From the human T2T-CHM13v2.0 reference genome, Homo sapiens, in NCBI RefSeq assembly GCF_009914755.1, contig NC_060941.1: a stretch of DNA of 64,000 nt; one strand, given 5' to 3'. The notes under the pieces are model-generated. The model was not told the origin of the DNA. It ran no database searches and saw nothing but the letters and a program-made list of their open reading frames with translations. Positions 45,891-59,720 of this stretch are shown here, piece by piece (the first letter of the stretch is position 1; each line of letters opens with the position of its first letter). The position numbers were made by a program, and so were the translations under genes.

Positions 45891-46416
45891 CTTGAATTCC
45901 ACCTTATTTGAAAGAAAAATTGCTTCCCTGGTTCCAGTTGCATTTAATATATTTTTCTAGAAAACTAACCTGAGAAATAAGAAGCTAAAATGCCCCTTCA
46001 CACACTCAGGAATTTATTTTCATTAGTTGGTTTTATTTTGAGCTCGCTGGTTTGCATGTCCATCTGTCTGCTTATGTCACATGTGCCCAGTGGTTACATT
46101 ATTGCCTAATAGACCTCTAAGCTGTGGCTTCTTCAGGAAGCATTATTTATTTATTCATTGAACTTTTTGGGTAACTTTGTAAAACAGAGTTCTGTTTACC
46201 CAGGGCCCAGAGGTAAAGACACAAAAGTAGACCCAGTCCTTTAAAAAGTTGAATCAGAGGGAAAGAATCACAGAATTTTACTCTAAAGTAAATATTAAAC
46301 CTAGAATCATATGATCTGCCCTAGGAATTTGCAAACCACAGATACACCATCCCTTTTGCAGAAATATGTTCTTTTGGCCACTAGCCATTTCTTAAAGCTG
46401 AACCCTTGGTAAAGGA

Positions 46417-46627
46417 TGAGTCAACAGGGTGCATCATGACTCAGGCTCCAAGTGAAACAGAGAATGAGTTGGTTTAATGGCTTTTAAAGTGGCTTTCTAC
46501 CCTGTTATGCAAAGTGTAGCCCCAATATCCAAGAAAACAATAATTTAACATGATCCATTGGTTGGAACTGAACTCTTCATTACCCCAGTAGGACAGCATT
46601 AGATAAGGAGCTATTATGAGTCATTCC
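46417..46627. promoter_or_regulatory. candidate AP-1 enhancer (three TGASTCA sites)
   Basis: TGAGTCA 46417, TGACTCA 46437 and TGAGTCA 46617 (overlapping CATTCC), plus AGATAAG at 46601, in non-repeat DNA. Confidence 0.45.
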
Positions 46628-48373
46628 TTGTAGAGCTTAATAACAGCAACACAGAGGCAATTTGGATCAGTAAGCAACCAATACTCTCAAAGAACAGTGC
46701 ACAGCAAAATAAAGCTGCTAGTGACATTCTCTGTCCTTTGAAGTGGGGGTGTCGTTAATGTTATTCGTCAACTATGTCAAGTATTTTCCCCAAAGGGTGT
46801 CCAGGAATCATTGGTATTAAGAATTACTCTCATCGCTTTTATCTATCCCAAACTCTTTTTTCTTGACCATCAAGATAATTTTTTAAAAATCAAGTTTTGT
46901 ACCTTAATTTCCAAAAAATAAAAATTTGGAGGAAATGAACTTGCTGACAAATATAATCAAGGCCTATGTGACATCTACACAGCTCTCTTGCGATTATGTA
47001 AACTTTACAGAATTTTTTGTACATAACAGTCTAATACCTAACTGAGGAGTTTATTCAGGCAACAGATTTTATGCAGTTACATTATATAAGTGTTTGAATA
47101 AAACAGTAATCTGACTTCTCTTCTTGGACAAGTGACAATATTTTTGTCCTTCAAATTCTCTCAGATATGGAGGTTTGCTGACACTAGATAAAGAATCCTT
47201 ATTAAAGTTTTCTAATTTCTGCAACCAGAATGACATGTTGCATTTGCCCATTTTTCTCTGAAGTGCTATTTGCATCACCAGAAACTTAAATAAGCCTAGA
47301 TTAAAGGCATACTTTATGGGCATACATAAGCCTTTTCTTGAATGCATAAATTTTGGACCATTTCTTAACCTATATTTGGGTAGATGAATTTTGAACCATT
47401 TCCAAAATATTAAGTCCTTGATTGTATACTGGCAGAGAAGCAGAAAAATAAAAACAAATTAAATAGGAAAGGACGAGAGAGATTTTCACTTGCTTGTTTG
47501 TTTTCTCAAGATAAAAATGAAATGGCAGGCTGATTATGAGCATTTACCAATTATATTGCCAGGTACCCCAGTTTTTTTTTCTTACTCACACACTTGAATG
47601 CCACAGAATGTTTGGGAAAGGTTCAGCAGCAAATCTAATGCTCTCCCACTGGGGTAGTGAACCTATGTGTTCCCTGTACTTGGGTGAAGGATAATAATAA
47701 TAAAAACATATATTTGGTGAAAATATTTATATACTTTAGTTACCCAGTAGTTATCATCTATAAAATATGTTGAATTTCATTTATCCATATGGGAGGTAGA
47801 GAATTAAATATATATTCAAAAAATGATAGAAGGAAGAGAAAAATGTTAAAGAAGTCAGAGAAAGAGGGGCAATCCCCATTTGTTATTCAGTTTTTCTTTA
47901 TTGGCTCTTATAAGTAGTTTCTCATTGAAATTGTTGCTAAAGAAGCCTAAAGAAGATTTGACTCTCTTGGACATCTGTTTATTTATAAAACTAAGACTAT
48001 AGGAAACCCTACACAAATTTTTGTGTGGAGGCTTTATAATTTACATTTCTGCCACTGGACAGGAAAATGTGTCTGCAAAATGAAAGCAGAACAAGTAAAT
48101 TATGCTTGTGTTCAGGGCTTTTCTATTCAATCTGTCTGGATATCTGCTTCTTTATTTCTATTTATTAAGAGCTGTATTAACACAAAGTACCCCACATTAA
48201 GCAATAGCTTATGTCATTGTAATAACATTTGAGTTACCACATACATGTCGTGTGATCTAAATTCTGGTGAAAGGATGATTAATAAGTCAAATGTATATGA
48301 AAAACATGCTTCATATTTTGAGATGAGCTACTATGAAATTGTTTCTACTGATGTAGTTTAATGGAAGAAAATG

Positions 48374-48439
48374 AAAGTAATTGCGGTTTTTGCAATACTT
48401 TTAATTGCAAAAAACGCAATTACTTTTGAACCAACCTAA
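48374..48439. mobile_element. MADE1 (Hsmar1-derived MITE), left TIR truncated; miR-548-like hairpin
   Basis: aaagtaattgcggtttttgcaat-actttta-attgcaaaaaacgcaattacttttgaaccaacctaa. Confidence 0.92.
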
Positions 48440-48671
48440 ATACAAAATAAGTTAAAGCAACTCAGATTAGGATTTTATTGCCTCGTGGCTGTCTAGCTCC
48501 ATTGGATGGAAGAACATGTCAATGACTGTAAGGCAGCAAGTTCAATCCATGTGCGTACCAATACGTTTTGTTCTATCTTTGGCCAGAGCCCTATCCCTTA
48601 GCCCTGCCGCATGTCCCTCTGATGTAGCCTTTATTTCCTGAGAGAGGATCCAAGAAGGAGAACATAGATGC

Positions 48672-48672
<1 letters not shown>

Positions 48673-48720
<48 letters not shown>

Positions 48721-48730
48721 ACATACACAC
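48673..48730 (+). repeat. (CA)n microsatellite
   Basis: About 21 perfect AC units followed by interrupted units. Confidence 0.95.
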
Positions 48731-49134
48731 TGTTTTAGATATATCTTCTGGTGGTTGATCAAAGCCATAATCTCTTTATATCTGACAGCCCTATTAGTAT
48801 GTTTCATGCACTGTTGCTCTGATTTAATAAACACATTACATTCAAAAGCAGAATCCAGCAGACCCTTTTAATTTGCTCTCCTCAGAAGTTCAACACACCT
48901 TATGGAAACTTGGACTTATTTTGCAAGAGCAAAATAAAATGGAAAATTGAGACTGATTCCAACAAAATATATTGATCCTGGCACCAGTACGTGTAGATCT
49001 TCCTCTAGGCCTTTCTTAATGTCATGACTCAAAGGAAGGCTGTTTTCTTTTTCCTTCTCTCCCTCCTTTCCATCTTCTCTGCCTTCCTTCTCACTTTGTT
49101 TTCTTTTTTTTCCTTAATGCTTACTACCAGTAGT

Positions 49135-49380
49135 TAATAACAGTAGCAAATACACATCTTATTATGCTTCAGCCCCTGTTCTAAGGCTGTCCCTATATTC
49201 ATGTAATCCTCATAGGAACACTATGAAGTAGGTATTATTATTATCTTTATTTTATGAACTAGAAAGGTGAGTTCCAGAGAGACTAAGTAACATGCTTAAT
49301 GTGAAATTGCTAGCTAGTGTCAGAGTCAGGATTCAAACTCAGGCAATCTGATTTTTGTCTGGAGATCATTCTCCTAATCT
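49135..49380 (-). mobile_element. MIR
   Basis: taatcctcataggaacactatgaagtaggtattattatt..cagagtcaggattcaaactcaggcaatctga. Confidence 0.8.
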
Positions 49381-52310
49381 TTTTTCATTCTCCTGGATAT
49401 AGATAAATTAGACTGAGCCACAAAATAAAAATATACTTCTAATTAAACATAAGATTTGAAATAAAAATCGTGCTTGAAAGTGCTGACTTGTATGTTTTAA
49501 ACTCTGTGTGTATTTGTATATTTCTGTCATTTTCAAAAATATGAAGTAATTTCTAACTATATATTATTAAACATATACAGTTATTGCTTATAGTGTTATA
49601 TGCCAAAACTGCTTTTAGGTGAGAATGATTTTAACACTGCATTTGCTGTTGGCATGGATAGGAAAAAAATGTTATTAACACAAACTTTAAAAATTAAGAA
49701 GTCTTTGTTAAAGAGGTTAAACATTTCCCTGCCATCTTTATCCTAACTTCCATTGAAAAGTTTCCCCTCCATATATAGCACAAATGTAAATTTTAGCTTA
49801 TCTTTTCTAAATTTTTATAATTTCATAATTAGGAAGATCCAACTAGATGGGATTTAACTGTAATTTTTCTATTAAGGCTTCGAAAACCTCAGAATATATC
49901 AGACGAATTAGTTATAAAATTTAATACTCTATATATAGTCTCTGGAGACGCAAACAAATATTGAGCTTTAAATGATGTGTTCTAAGTAGATTTTTTATAT
50001 GTGAGTGTTTTACTGTGCTGCTATATAATATCATTTGTCATATATGAAATAAACAGTATTCTATATATGTGGTTAGCAGACAAGAGTTTCAGATCTCATC
50101 TGTACAATGGAATTATGATGACCTTTTGAAATAACATTCCACTCTTTAATCTTAAAATTAATAATGTCATACGGATTAAAACATTATTCATTTCTTTTCT
50201 TTACCATGGCTCATGTATCTTGGAGTCACAAAACCACTTATTACCAGGGATGTATTGGTCTTTGAAGTTCATATAATTACAGGAGAAATTTAACTCACTC
50301 ACCTTTAGTGGGTTTTATATATTATAGCAGAAGATTATTATAATTCTATTTAATTAGCAGAATGAAAAGGTAGCTTGAAAAATATTTTCCAATTCTTGTT
50401 TGGATGACTCAGGGGCCATTGTCAATCTTCCACCATGGTAATTTAATGTCCCCTGAAATGTTGTATGCCAAAATGATTAAGTATCATTACAAGGAGAAAT
50501 TTTTATACAAAGGCAAATACCACAGCAGATCATGTTCACTCAATCACAATTAAAATGAACGCACTTTAATAGCACTCTAGTTTTGTTTATTAAGCACAAT
50601 GAAGCAGGTGCTTTACGCTAGAAAAATTCATCTTGTTTATACCTGAGACATGTAACTGAAATCATCCTGCTGTCCATATTCTTTGTGGGAGCTTCATTTA
50701 TTTGGTAAGCTTTAGAGAGAAATAAAAATAAGCATATCACATAACATGACAATGCCAACCTCTTTCAGCACAGCCTTGAATTGTCTAAGCACCTTCATGT
50801 ATTACAAATAAATTCCCTGGGCAACATTTCCTCTGGAGTCTAATTAGATTCCACTCCATGTATTTACAAACAGGAAGCAACAAGGCTGTGACTTCATATT
50901 TCCACTCAAAGGCCTCCTCAATTAACATATGACATTGGTGTTATTTGGGAATGAACACTGAGTTCGTTGTAAGTTCCCCGTATAACAAAGAAAAATGGCC
51001 TATTTTTTGTTATCTCAAAGATGACAATCATTATATTATTTCCATATTATTACTTGACAAATAGAGACAGTTTAATACTAAAATGTTTCTGGTGCCTTTG
51101 AAAAATGGGCAGGTAATAGGTGGGAATCATAATTTAGGGATTAAATATCTGGAGTACACTTGGAGAATGAACTCTTTGATAAATAATGGCATAGAAAAGA
51201 TCCCATTACACCAGAAGATGTGGACAGAGGTAAAGTGTCATAAAAGCATGCACCTTCGTAAAGTATTGAGAAAGCAGTGCCCACCTGATACCATCAGTGC
51301 TCAAACTGCTACCATCTTTATAGTTTTAAAAAAATACTTATGCATGTAAATATCTCTATATGAAACAGATTCCAAGATGATTCAAGAGAACCAAAAATAT
51401 TTTTCTGTTGTTTAGGTATTTGGTATTATTTTAATAGAGCCAATTTCAATTCTCCACAACCAAAAATATTCTTAGTACAAAAAATCTAATTTAATTGAAA
51501 GCCATTTTAGTTCAATTTCCCGTTAAATGTTCTTTTAGGCCATAGTATATCTATATATTGTTAGGGATAATTTTTTTTCTTTTGGCATTAACAAGAATAT
51601 ATGTATGCAAGCATTGGAAAGCATGAATAGCACTCTTAGTGATTACATGACTATAAATTAAAATAACCATACAGCTGTTGGTAATATTTATCATTCTATA
51701 TTCATAATTGTGTCCCTAATAAAGCACTGCAGGCCTCAGAACAGGGTATTCTCCTTTCTGTTCCACTCCAAGTGGAACAAATAGTGACATGCCGTTTCCG
51801 ACCCTTGAGTATTAACCCGGCAGTGATTATTTTGCCTGTCGTTAAAATAACAAGAATGCCGATCTCTATTGGATTCGGTTACTGTATGGACTGCTGGAGA
51901 TTCAATGTGGTTCAACAATATCACTGAAAATTAGCAAACATAACACATTCTAAATGTCCACTTGTTCTTTATCCAGTTACAATTATTGAAATTCCAGGAT
52001 TTTTGAAAAGGTAAGGTCATGAATTTCTTGTTAGTGAATCAAGTTAATATTCAGATACATTCTATGTGTTCCCTGCTCTGACTTTTAGTGGCTTAAAGTG
52101 CATGTGATACACACAAAACAAAGTAGTCTTGAATTAGGTATTAATTTGTCTTTTCGGTTGCAAATAGACTTCTATTACGGCAAATACAGGGGCCAAGTCT
52201 ATATATTTTCTTTATACTTTACAAGTAATTGATACATAGAAATACTTAACAGATTCCAAGTGGATGATGCGGGTAAAGAGAAACTTACCATTTCCTAATA
52301 TTTTCATTAA

Positions 52311-52639
52311 TTTCTTTTTTTTTAAAATTTTACTTTAAGTTCTGGGATACATGTGCAGAACGTGCAGGTTTGTTACATAGGTATACATGTGCCATGGTGG
52401 TTTGCTGCACCTATCAACCCACCATCTAGGTTTTAAGCCCCACATGCGTTAGATATTTGTCCTAATGCTCTCTCTCCCATTGCCCCCCACCCCCTGACAG
52501 GACCCTGTGTGTGATGCTTCCCTCCCTGTGTCCATGTGTTCTCATTGTTCAGCTCCCACGTATGAGTGAGAACATGTGATGTTTGGTTTTCTGTTCCTGT
52601 GTTAGTTTGCTGAGGATGATGGTTTCCAGGTTCATCCAT
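52311..52639 (-). mobile_element. L1PA8-like 3' end
   Basis: tactttaagttctgggatacatgtgcagaacgtgcagg, with the diagnostic ctaggttttaagccccacatgc. Confidence 0.9.
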
Positions 52640-52679
52640 TGAGTCTTGGCAGAGCACTTTAATTTTATGGGGATAAACA

Positions 52680-53035
52680 TTATTCATGGTGGCAATGGTA
52701 ATAGTGGCTGTGAGAATTGTGAGGTGTGTGGCAAAGGTAGCAGCACCAGGGATTTAGATGTGGTGTGCTTGAACATTTAATGGCGGCAGTACCAGAAGTG
52801 TGGTATCATCAAAAGTCACCTAACGAGAATGTTCTCGGGGTGACTGTGCCCATGCTTCTTCCACCTTGGGCAATGCAATACTCATATTTCTTGCCTACGT
52901 TGATTATTAGTCATTTTTGGCACCTGGTTCTCTAAGCTGTGAACTACCCGTATCCCTGTAGTCCATTTCTTTTCTTCTTAAATTGACCATAATCAGGTTC
53001 TGTGGATTGTAACCAAGAATCTTTACTCATTGGTA
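52680..53035 (+). mobile_element. old ERVL/MaLR-type LTR fragment
   Basis: 3' end gtgaactacccgtatccc..cttaaattgaccataatcaggttctgtggattgtaaccaagaatc. Confidence 0.4.
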
Positions 53036-53342
53036 TTCTTTTGAGTAAGATCCTTCAGGAAAATTTTATTTTCAATAGTTTGCTCTCTGTAAGAACGCCT
53101 GATTTATAAATTAGGAAGCTTGGAACAAAGGATAAGTTGTCATAATGGCACAGCTTCATTGGTCAAGTAGGAGCTAAGACAGCTGATAATCTGGTAGGAA
53201 TGCCCTTTATGCAGATGACAGGGGAATCAATGTAGAAGCCTTAGAACAATGGTAGAACTAGGCTTTGGTTGGGCCAAATTTGATAACCGAGAAGGTAAAT
53301 TTAGGATGTGAAATACGACAGCAAAAACCTAGGAGAGAAATA

Positions 53343-53900
53343 TTTTTAAAAATTTTTTATTATACTTTAAGTTCTGGGATACATGTGCAGAACATGCAGG
53401 TTTGTTACATAGGTATACATGTGCCATGGTGGTTTGCTGCACCCATCTACCCATCATCTTCATTAGGTATTTGTCCTAATGCTCTCCCTCCCCTTGCCCC
53501 CAACCCCCCAACAAGCCCCCGTGTGTGATGTTCCCCTCCTTGTGCCCATGTATCCTCATTGTTCAACTCCCACTTATGAGTGAGAACATGTGGTGTTTGG
53601 TTTTCTGTTCCCAGGTTAGTTTGCTGGGAATGGTGGTTTCCAGCTTCATACAGGTCCCTGCAAAGGACATGAACTCATTCTTTTTTATGGCTGCATAGTA
53701 TTCCACAGTGTATATGTGCCACACTTTCTTTATCCAGTCTATCATTGATGGGCATTTGGGTTGGTTCAAAGTCTTTGCTATTGTAAACAGTGCTGCAGTA
53801 AACATACATGTGCATGTGTCTTTATAGTAGAATGATTTACAATCCTTTGGGTATATACCCAGTAATGGGATTGCTGGGTCAAATGGAATTTCTGGTTCTA
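53343..53900 (-). mobile_element. L1PA7-like 3' end
   Basis: ORF 53563..53805(-) MFTAALFTIAKTLNQPKCPSMIDWIKKVWHIYT is the L1 ORF2 C-terminus, followed by the 3' UTR. Confidence 0.93.
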
Positions 53901-53929
53901 TATTGCCATTATTAATAAAAACGATAAAG

Positions 53930-54475
<546 letters not shown>

Positions 54476-55522
54476 ATTTTAGTTAATTTTTCTCAAATTC
54501 AATTGCTTCTTTGTGCTCTTGTCTATTGCTTAACATGCAAGGAGGTTTAAAGAATTATCTTTCAAAAGACCTACAATGCAGGCAATACGAAACCAGAGAA
54601 GGGAGAAATTGAGTTCCAGTTGTAGATTGGCTTTTAAGAGGATTCAGGGGCATTTGATGTTGAACTGAAGAAGTCAGTATAGAGAACTGCAAATCAAAGA
54701 AAGAAAAGTAGTTACTTTAGAAGTTCAGCAGTGCTTAGGATAATTAGATATTCATATATAGAGGAGCCAAATACTTAACACTTTGAAAGATCCAAAAGAA
54801 ATTAAATAGAAGCCAGTGGTTGTGAAGCATCCACAGGAATTTGGAAGGGTTAAGGATAATGAGGTGTTTTTCTCTGGAGTTACAAGCAAAGGGAGGAAAC
54901 CAAAAGCAACACAATTATTATTAAATTCGTAGAAATGGTCTTTCCTCAGTATTTTTCTAAGTCAGAGAAGACAGGCAAACAGATGCTTATCATCTAATCT
55001 ACTTATCACCAGAACCGTCTCTCACAGTTCTCAGTAGAATTGAGCCAAACTGGATATAAAGGTTATAAGATGATTATTTGAGCTTTACTTCTATAATCAT
55101 CACAGTTTGGACTCTGTCCATTTCGGGGAATTCATTTAAACTCCTGGATGGCTGCATTTTTTGAATTTAAAGTCTAAAAACAAATGTGCTTGCTGGAAAC
55201 ACTCTTCATCCTGTGGTGGGTAGGTTAAAGCATAAATTAGACCAAATGACATGTCTGGATCCAGAGAACTGATTCAGGGAAAATTACTTATTGATAATAT
55301 TTTGTTTATTTTGAATTATGTTTTAGAATTCGGAACACATTGTGCTGTATTAAAACTAAAGCAATTCCACTAACAGGGCTGGAGGAATTATCATCTAATT
55401 TTGTTTTAGATGATTTTGCTGGTCTGCTTATGGGATTTACTATGCAAAGCTTCTTTATCCACTCACCTGGAAAGCCTATGTTGTGAAGTATATAATTACA
55501 TAATCTTTTGAGTGGAACATTT

Positions 55523-55597
55523 AGCTATTTTCTGATAGTTTTAAAAGTGACTTTAATGAGCTATTTTCAGATAGTTTTAAAAGTGACTTTAATGAGC
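55523..55597 (+). repeat. tandem duplication, 36-bp unit x2 (one mismatch)
   Basis: agctattttc(t/a)gatagttttaaaagtgactttaatg occurs twice. Confidence 0.93.
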
Positions 55598-56759
55598 AAT
55601 GAGGTGGTAGAATAAAGAAGGGGTAGTTTAGAGGATACTGTTCTTTCTTTGTGGCCCTAAGGGATTGACAGTGTCAATATATGGGAAGGCAAAGAGTAAG
55701 ACTCTCTTTTCCTTGCATCATGTACTTTTAGACCTCCCCTAGAGATGAAGATTTTTAAACACTAAATATTAAATAGCCTAAGTGAGATTTGCAAACTTCT
55801 AGATCATCATATTAACACTTTCTCTTAAGTGAATATCCAAATAAGACTTTTAAAAGTGATATGATCAAGAAAACTCTAGAGGGTTTTCTTTTTCCACCTG
55901 GTTTTGCATGGGAGCCTGAGGTAGTAAAAGAAGCTACCATTGAGAAATGATGGTAAGATTTAAAGGTAAAGGGTTCTTACAGGTGCCATGAGGGAGAAAA
56001 GATGACAAAGAAATAAACTTGTCAAAATCATAAATGCTGGAAAACCGTACACATGGAATTTTTTTGGTATGGAAAAAATCAAAGTAATGGAGTTAAGTTA
56101 TTGGCAATGTTTTAAAGAGGAAACAGGAAAAAAATGAAAGAGTAAAGGAAATATGGCAGCAGGATTGTGAAAGGATTTATGAATGTTTGATAGTGTGATA
56201 ATGTTTGATTTTATTTATGCTTTTTGTGTTTGGAAACCCAAGCCATTCTGGCTCCTGTGGCCTTCCCCCTGGTTAGGAAAAATATCATTTCAAAATACTC
56301 TGTCTTAACCCCTAGGGTTAACACTATGATTAATAGGAATTAAAAAAAAATATTTTCCCAGGCTTACTTAGAATGAATTGAAGCAGTCAGTGAAAGAGAA
56401 ACCAAAAAATAGGAGAAAGCCATATGTATGATCGATTGAATATTTACATTTGAAAATTCCCTTATGTTGTTGAATGTCACATGTACATAATTTTCCATAA
56501 GGAATGCTTCATAGAATAAACTGAGTCCCCTTTACCATTCTTTCTCTGAGAATAATGGGCTAAGTAAAATATTCTTACCCTTTTTGCTAGTCTATTATTA
56601 GTTCCTAATTGAGGATAGCCTTGTGGTTTGAAGTGAAAGGGAATTTTTGGAAGTGGCTCTAAGAACCTGATTCTGAATCCTAATGAAAACATCTAGAAAA
56701 GAGATATCTGCAGATAAATTATAATGATTAGTCAGTGAGTGGGCTAAATTGCAGCTGAA

Positions 56760-57020
56760 GAACCCAGACTGGAGTTTGAGTTGTATCTTCAGTTTACTAG
56801 CTGTGTGTCCTTTTAAGCAACTTAACTTCTCTAGGCCACAGACATCTGCACTGTATTCTAGTGCTGTGATATTTTTGGCCAGTCAGGTAACCTTTCAGTT
56901 TCCTCATCTGTAGAATGTAGATAATAATAGTACCTATCCCACAGAGTTGCTAAGTGGATTAAATGAAATGGTAACAGGAAAAACATATAGCTCTCAACAA
57001 TGTGAGCCTATCATTATTAA
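56760..57020 (+). mobile_element. MIR fragments
   Basis: tttactagctgtgtgtcc and cagtttcctcatctgtagaatgtagataataatagtacctatcccacagagttgct..gattaaatga. Confidence 0.8.
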
Positions 57021-57388
57021 AGGTAATATGATGTGGTGATTAAATCTTATTAAAATACTTATCAATCATAAAAAATGCTCGAGAAAAATAAACATGAGCA
57101 TATAATTTTTTAAAATGAAAAGGAAAACGACACTATGACACCAAGGAGGCTGCTTTTTAGATAAAGACTCAGAGAAGGCATCTCTGAGGAGCTGATACTT
57201 AAGCTGAGACCTAAACAAGAACCTAATGAAAAGATAGTCACCCTTGGTGGTGACTAAATAAAAGCAAGTTAAACCAACTAAGATGATTAATTAGTCTATT
57301 AGATTGACACAATAAAAAGGTAAATAATAAAAGTGTTGGTAGGAGAATGGAGATACAGTCTCTTCCAGGAGAAATTTCTTGAGACAAG

Positions 57389-58114
<726 letters not shown>

Positions 58115-58869
58115 TGCAAACTGAATATTCCTCAACTCACATTCATATCTCTAGACTATTGCCTAAAGACATAATAGAACCAATGCTCAAATATATGCAT
58201 GCAATTATTTATGATGGTCATTCTTCAGTATTAATATTTTTGTTTTTACTGTTAATTTTTAAAAGCTATTTATGTATTAAGGATGTTTACATTTAAAAAA
58301 TTAAGAGTAACCTAAGTGTTTATTGATATAGAGGATTTGATTAAATGAATTATGGTACGTATCTGCAATGCAACTGTTGAAGATGTCGTTACTCAATATT
58401 CTTTTAGGTAGAGAAGGTTGTATAATGATCAACCTTTTTGAGACCCATGACATAAAGTCATTAACTCATGATTGCTTTTCTCCTGTTAGCCATTTTGATT
58501 TATTATTAGAGAGAGGGTAGAAATTTGTCAGTTTGACTTGTCTGTATGTATTACCTTAATATTTGCTATCATAGAATCAAGTTATTATCACAGAAGTTGT
58601 TTTTGGCCATCATTATGTTCCAAGTTATTGTCTGAAAAATGTATTTGATGTACTCCTTTTGGAGTCAGTGGAACAGTAGTCAGGACACCTGGTTTTTCCC
58701 TTTCTACAAATAAGCCATGAGAGATCATGGAGAAAGTCATTTGCCAAAGAATTCTTATATCATAGCATGAGAGCTGTGCTTTGACAGTTTCCCATGAGGT
58801 TTATATTACACTGTCTGCACCTGGGTCTAAGCCCATGACCTTCTGTGAAGCTTGATCTGATGATATTCT

Positions 58870-59720
58870 GTTCGATTTAACAAACATTTATGAGCACCCA
58901 TCATGGGCCAGACAGTGCTTAGGACAGAGGACATTATAAAGATGCATGAAATAATGATCCTTTTCGTTAAAGTATTTCCACTTAAACGAGCTATTTGAGT
59001 TAGCTATCGGGATGTAAAGGCACTTTTTCAGAGTTTCAGATTAGACTAAAGCCCCAATATTTTATCAAGCAAGTAAACTTGATTTTCTGATACCTACAAC
59101 TGAGTTGGAGCAATGAGGTCTAGAATATGAATTTTCTGGCTCTGAATACAATGCTTTGTCCATTGAACTTGACTTAGTAAAGAGTTTCCTAAGAGGGATC
59201 AACAATTATTACATGGTCAATATATTATTTCTTTTATTTCTTATGAACAATACACATCTATGAATTAATTGACCTGAGCAACAACTCTATGAAGTGGTAG
59301 ATACTCTTGCTATCACCATAGTATAAATGAGGCAGCTGAGTCCCAGAGAGTTTAAGTAACTTGCCTATGATCACGAGTGTAGCCCAGCTTCAGAATGCAT
59401 ATCCTAATAGACAGAACAAGGGTTATGAGAAACATTGACATTAACAAGTAATTATTTTAAAATGTGATAAAAGCAGGAGTACAGGTTGCTATAGAAGCAT
59501 GCACCCAGGGACTCAACGTATTCAGTTGATGAGGCTTCCCTGAGAAAGAGGTGCTCCATGCTGGGTCACGAATAATTAATATGAAAACTGTCCACTTCAA
59601 CCCCTAGATAGACTTCAAGTTATTTAAGAATGGAGTCCTTTTTGCATGTCACAAGTACCTATTATATTGCTGGGCATAGGAAGTATGAGAAGACATTTAT
59701 TGAATGAATACATAAATTAA
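58870..59720. mobile_element. cluster of L2 and MIR fragments
   Basis: tttaacaaacatttatgagcaccc (L2, minus); atgaggcagctgagtcccagagagtttaagtaacttgcc (MIR); atttattgaatgaata (L2 end, plus). Confidence 0.6.

Noticed and set aside
48542-48871. ORFs with CVCVCV / THTHTH runs
   Set aside because: Translations of the (CA)n microsatellite.
53563-53805. 80-aa ORF as a gene
   Set aside because: It is the C-terminus of L1 ORF2 in a 5'-truncated, inactive L1PA7-like copy.
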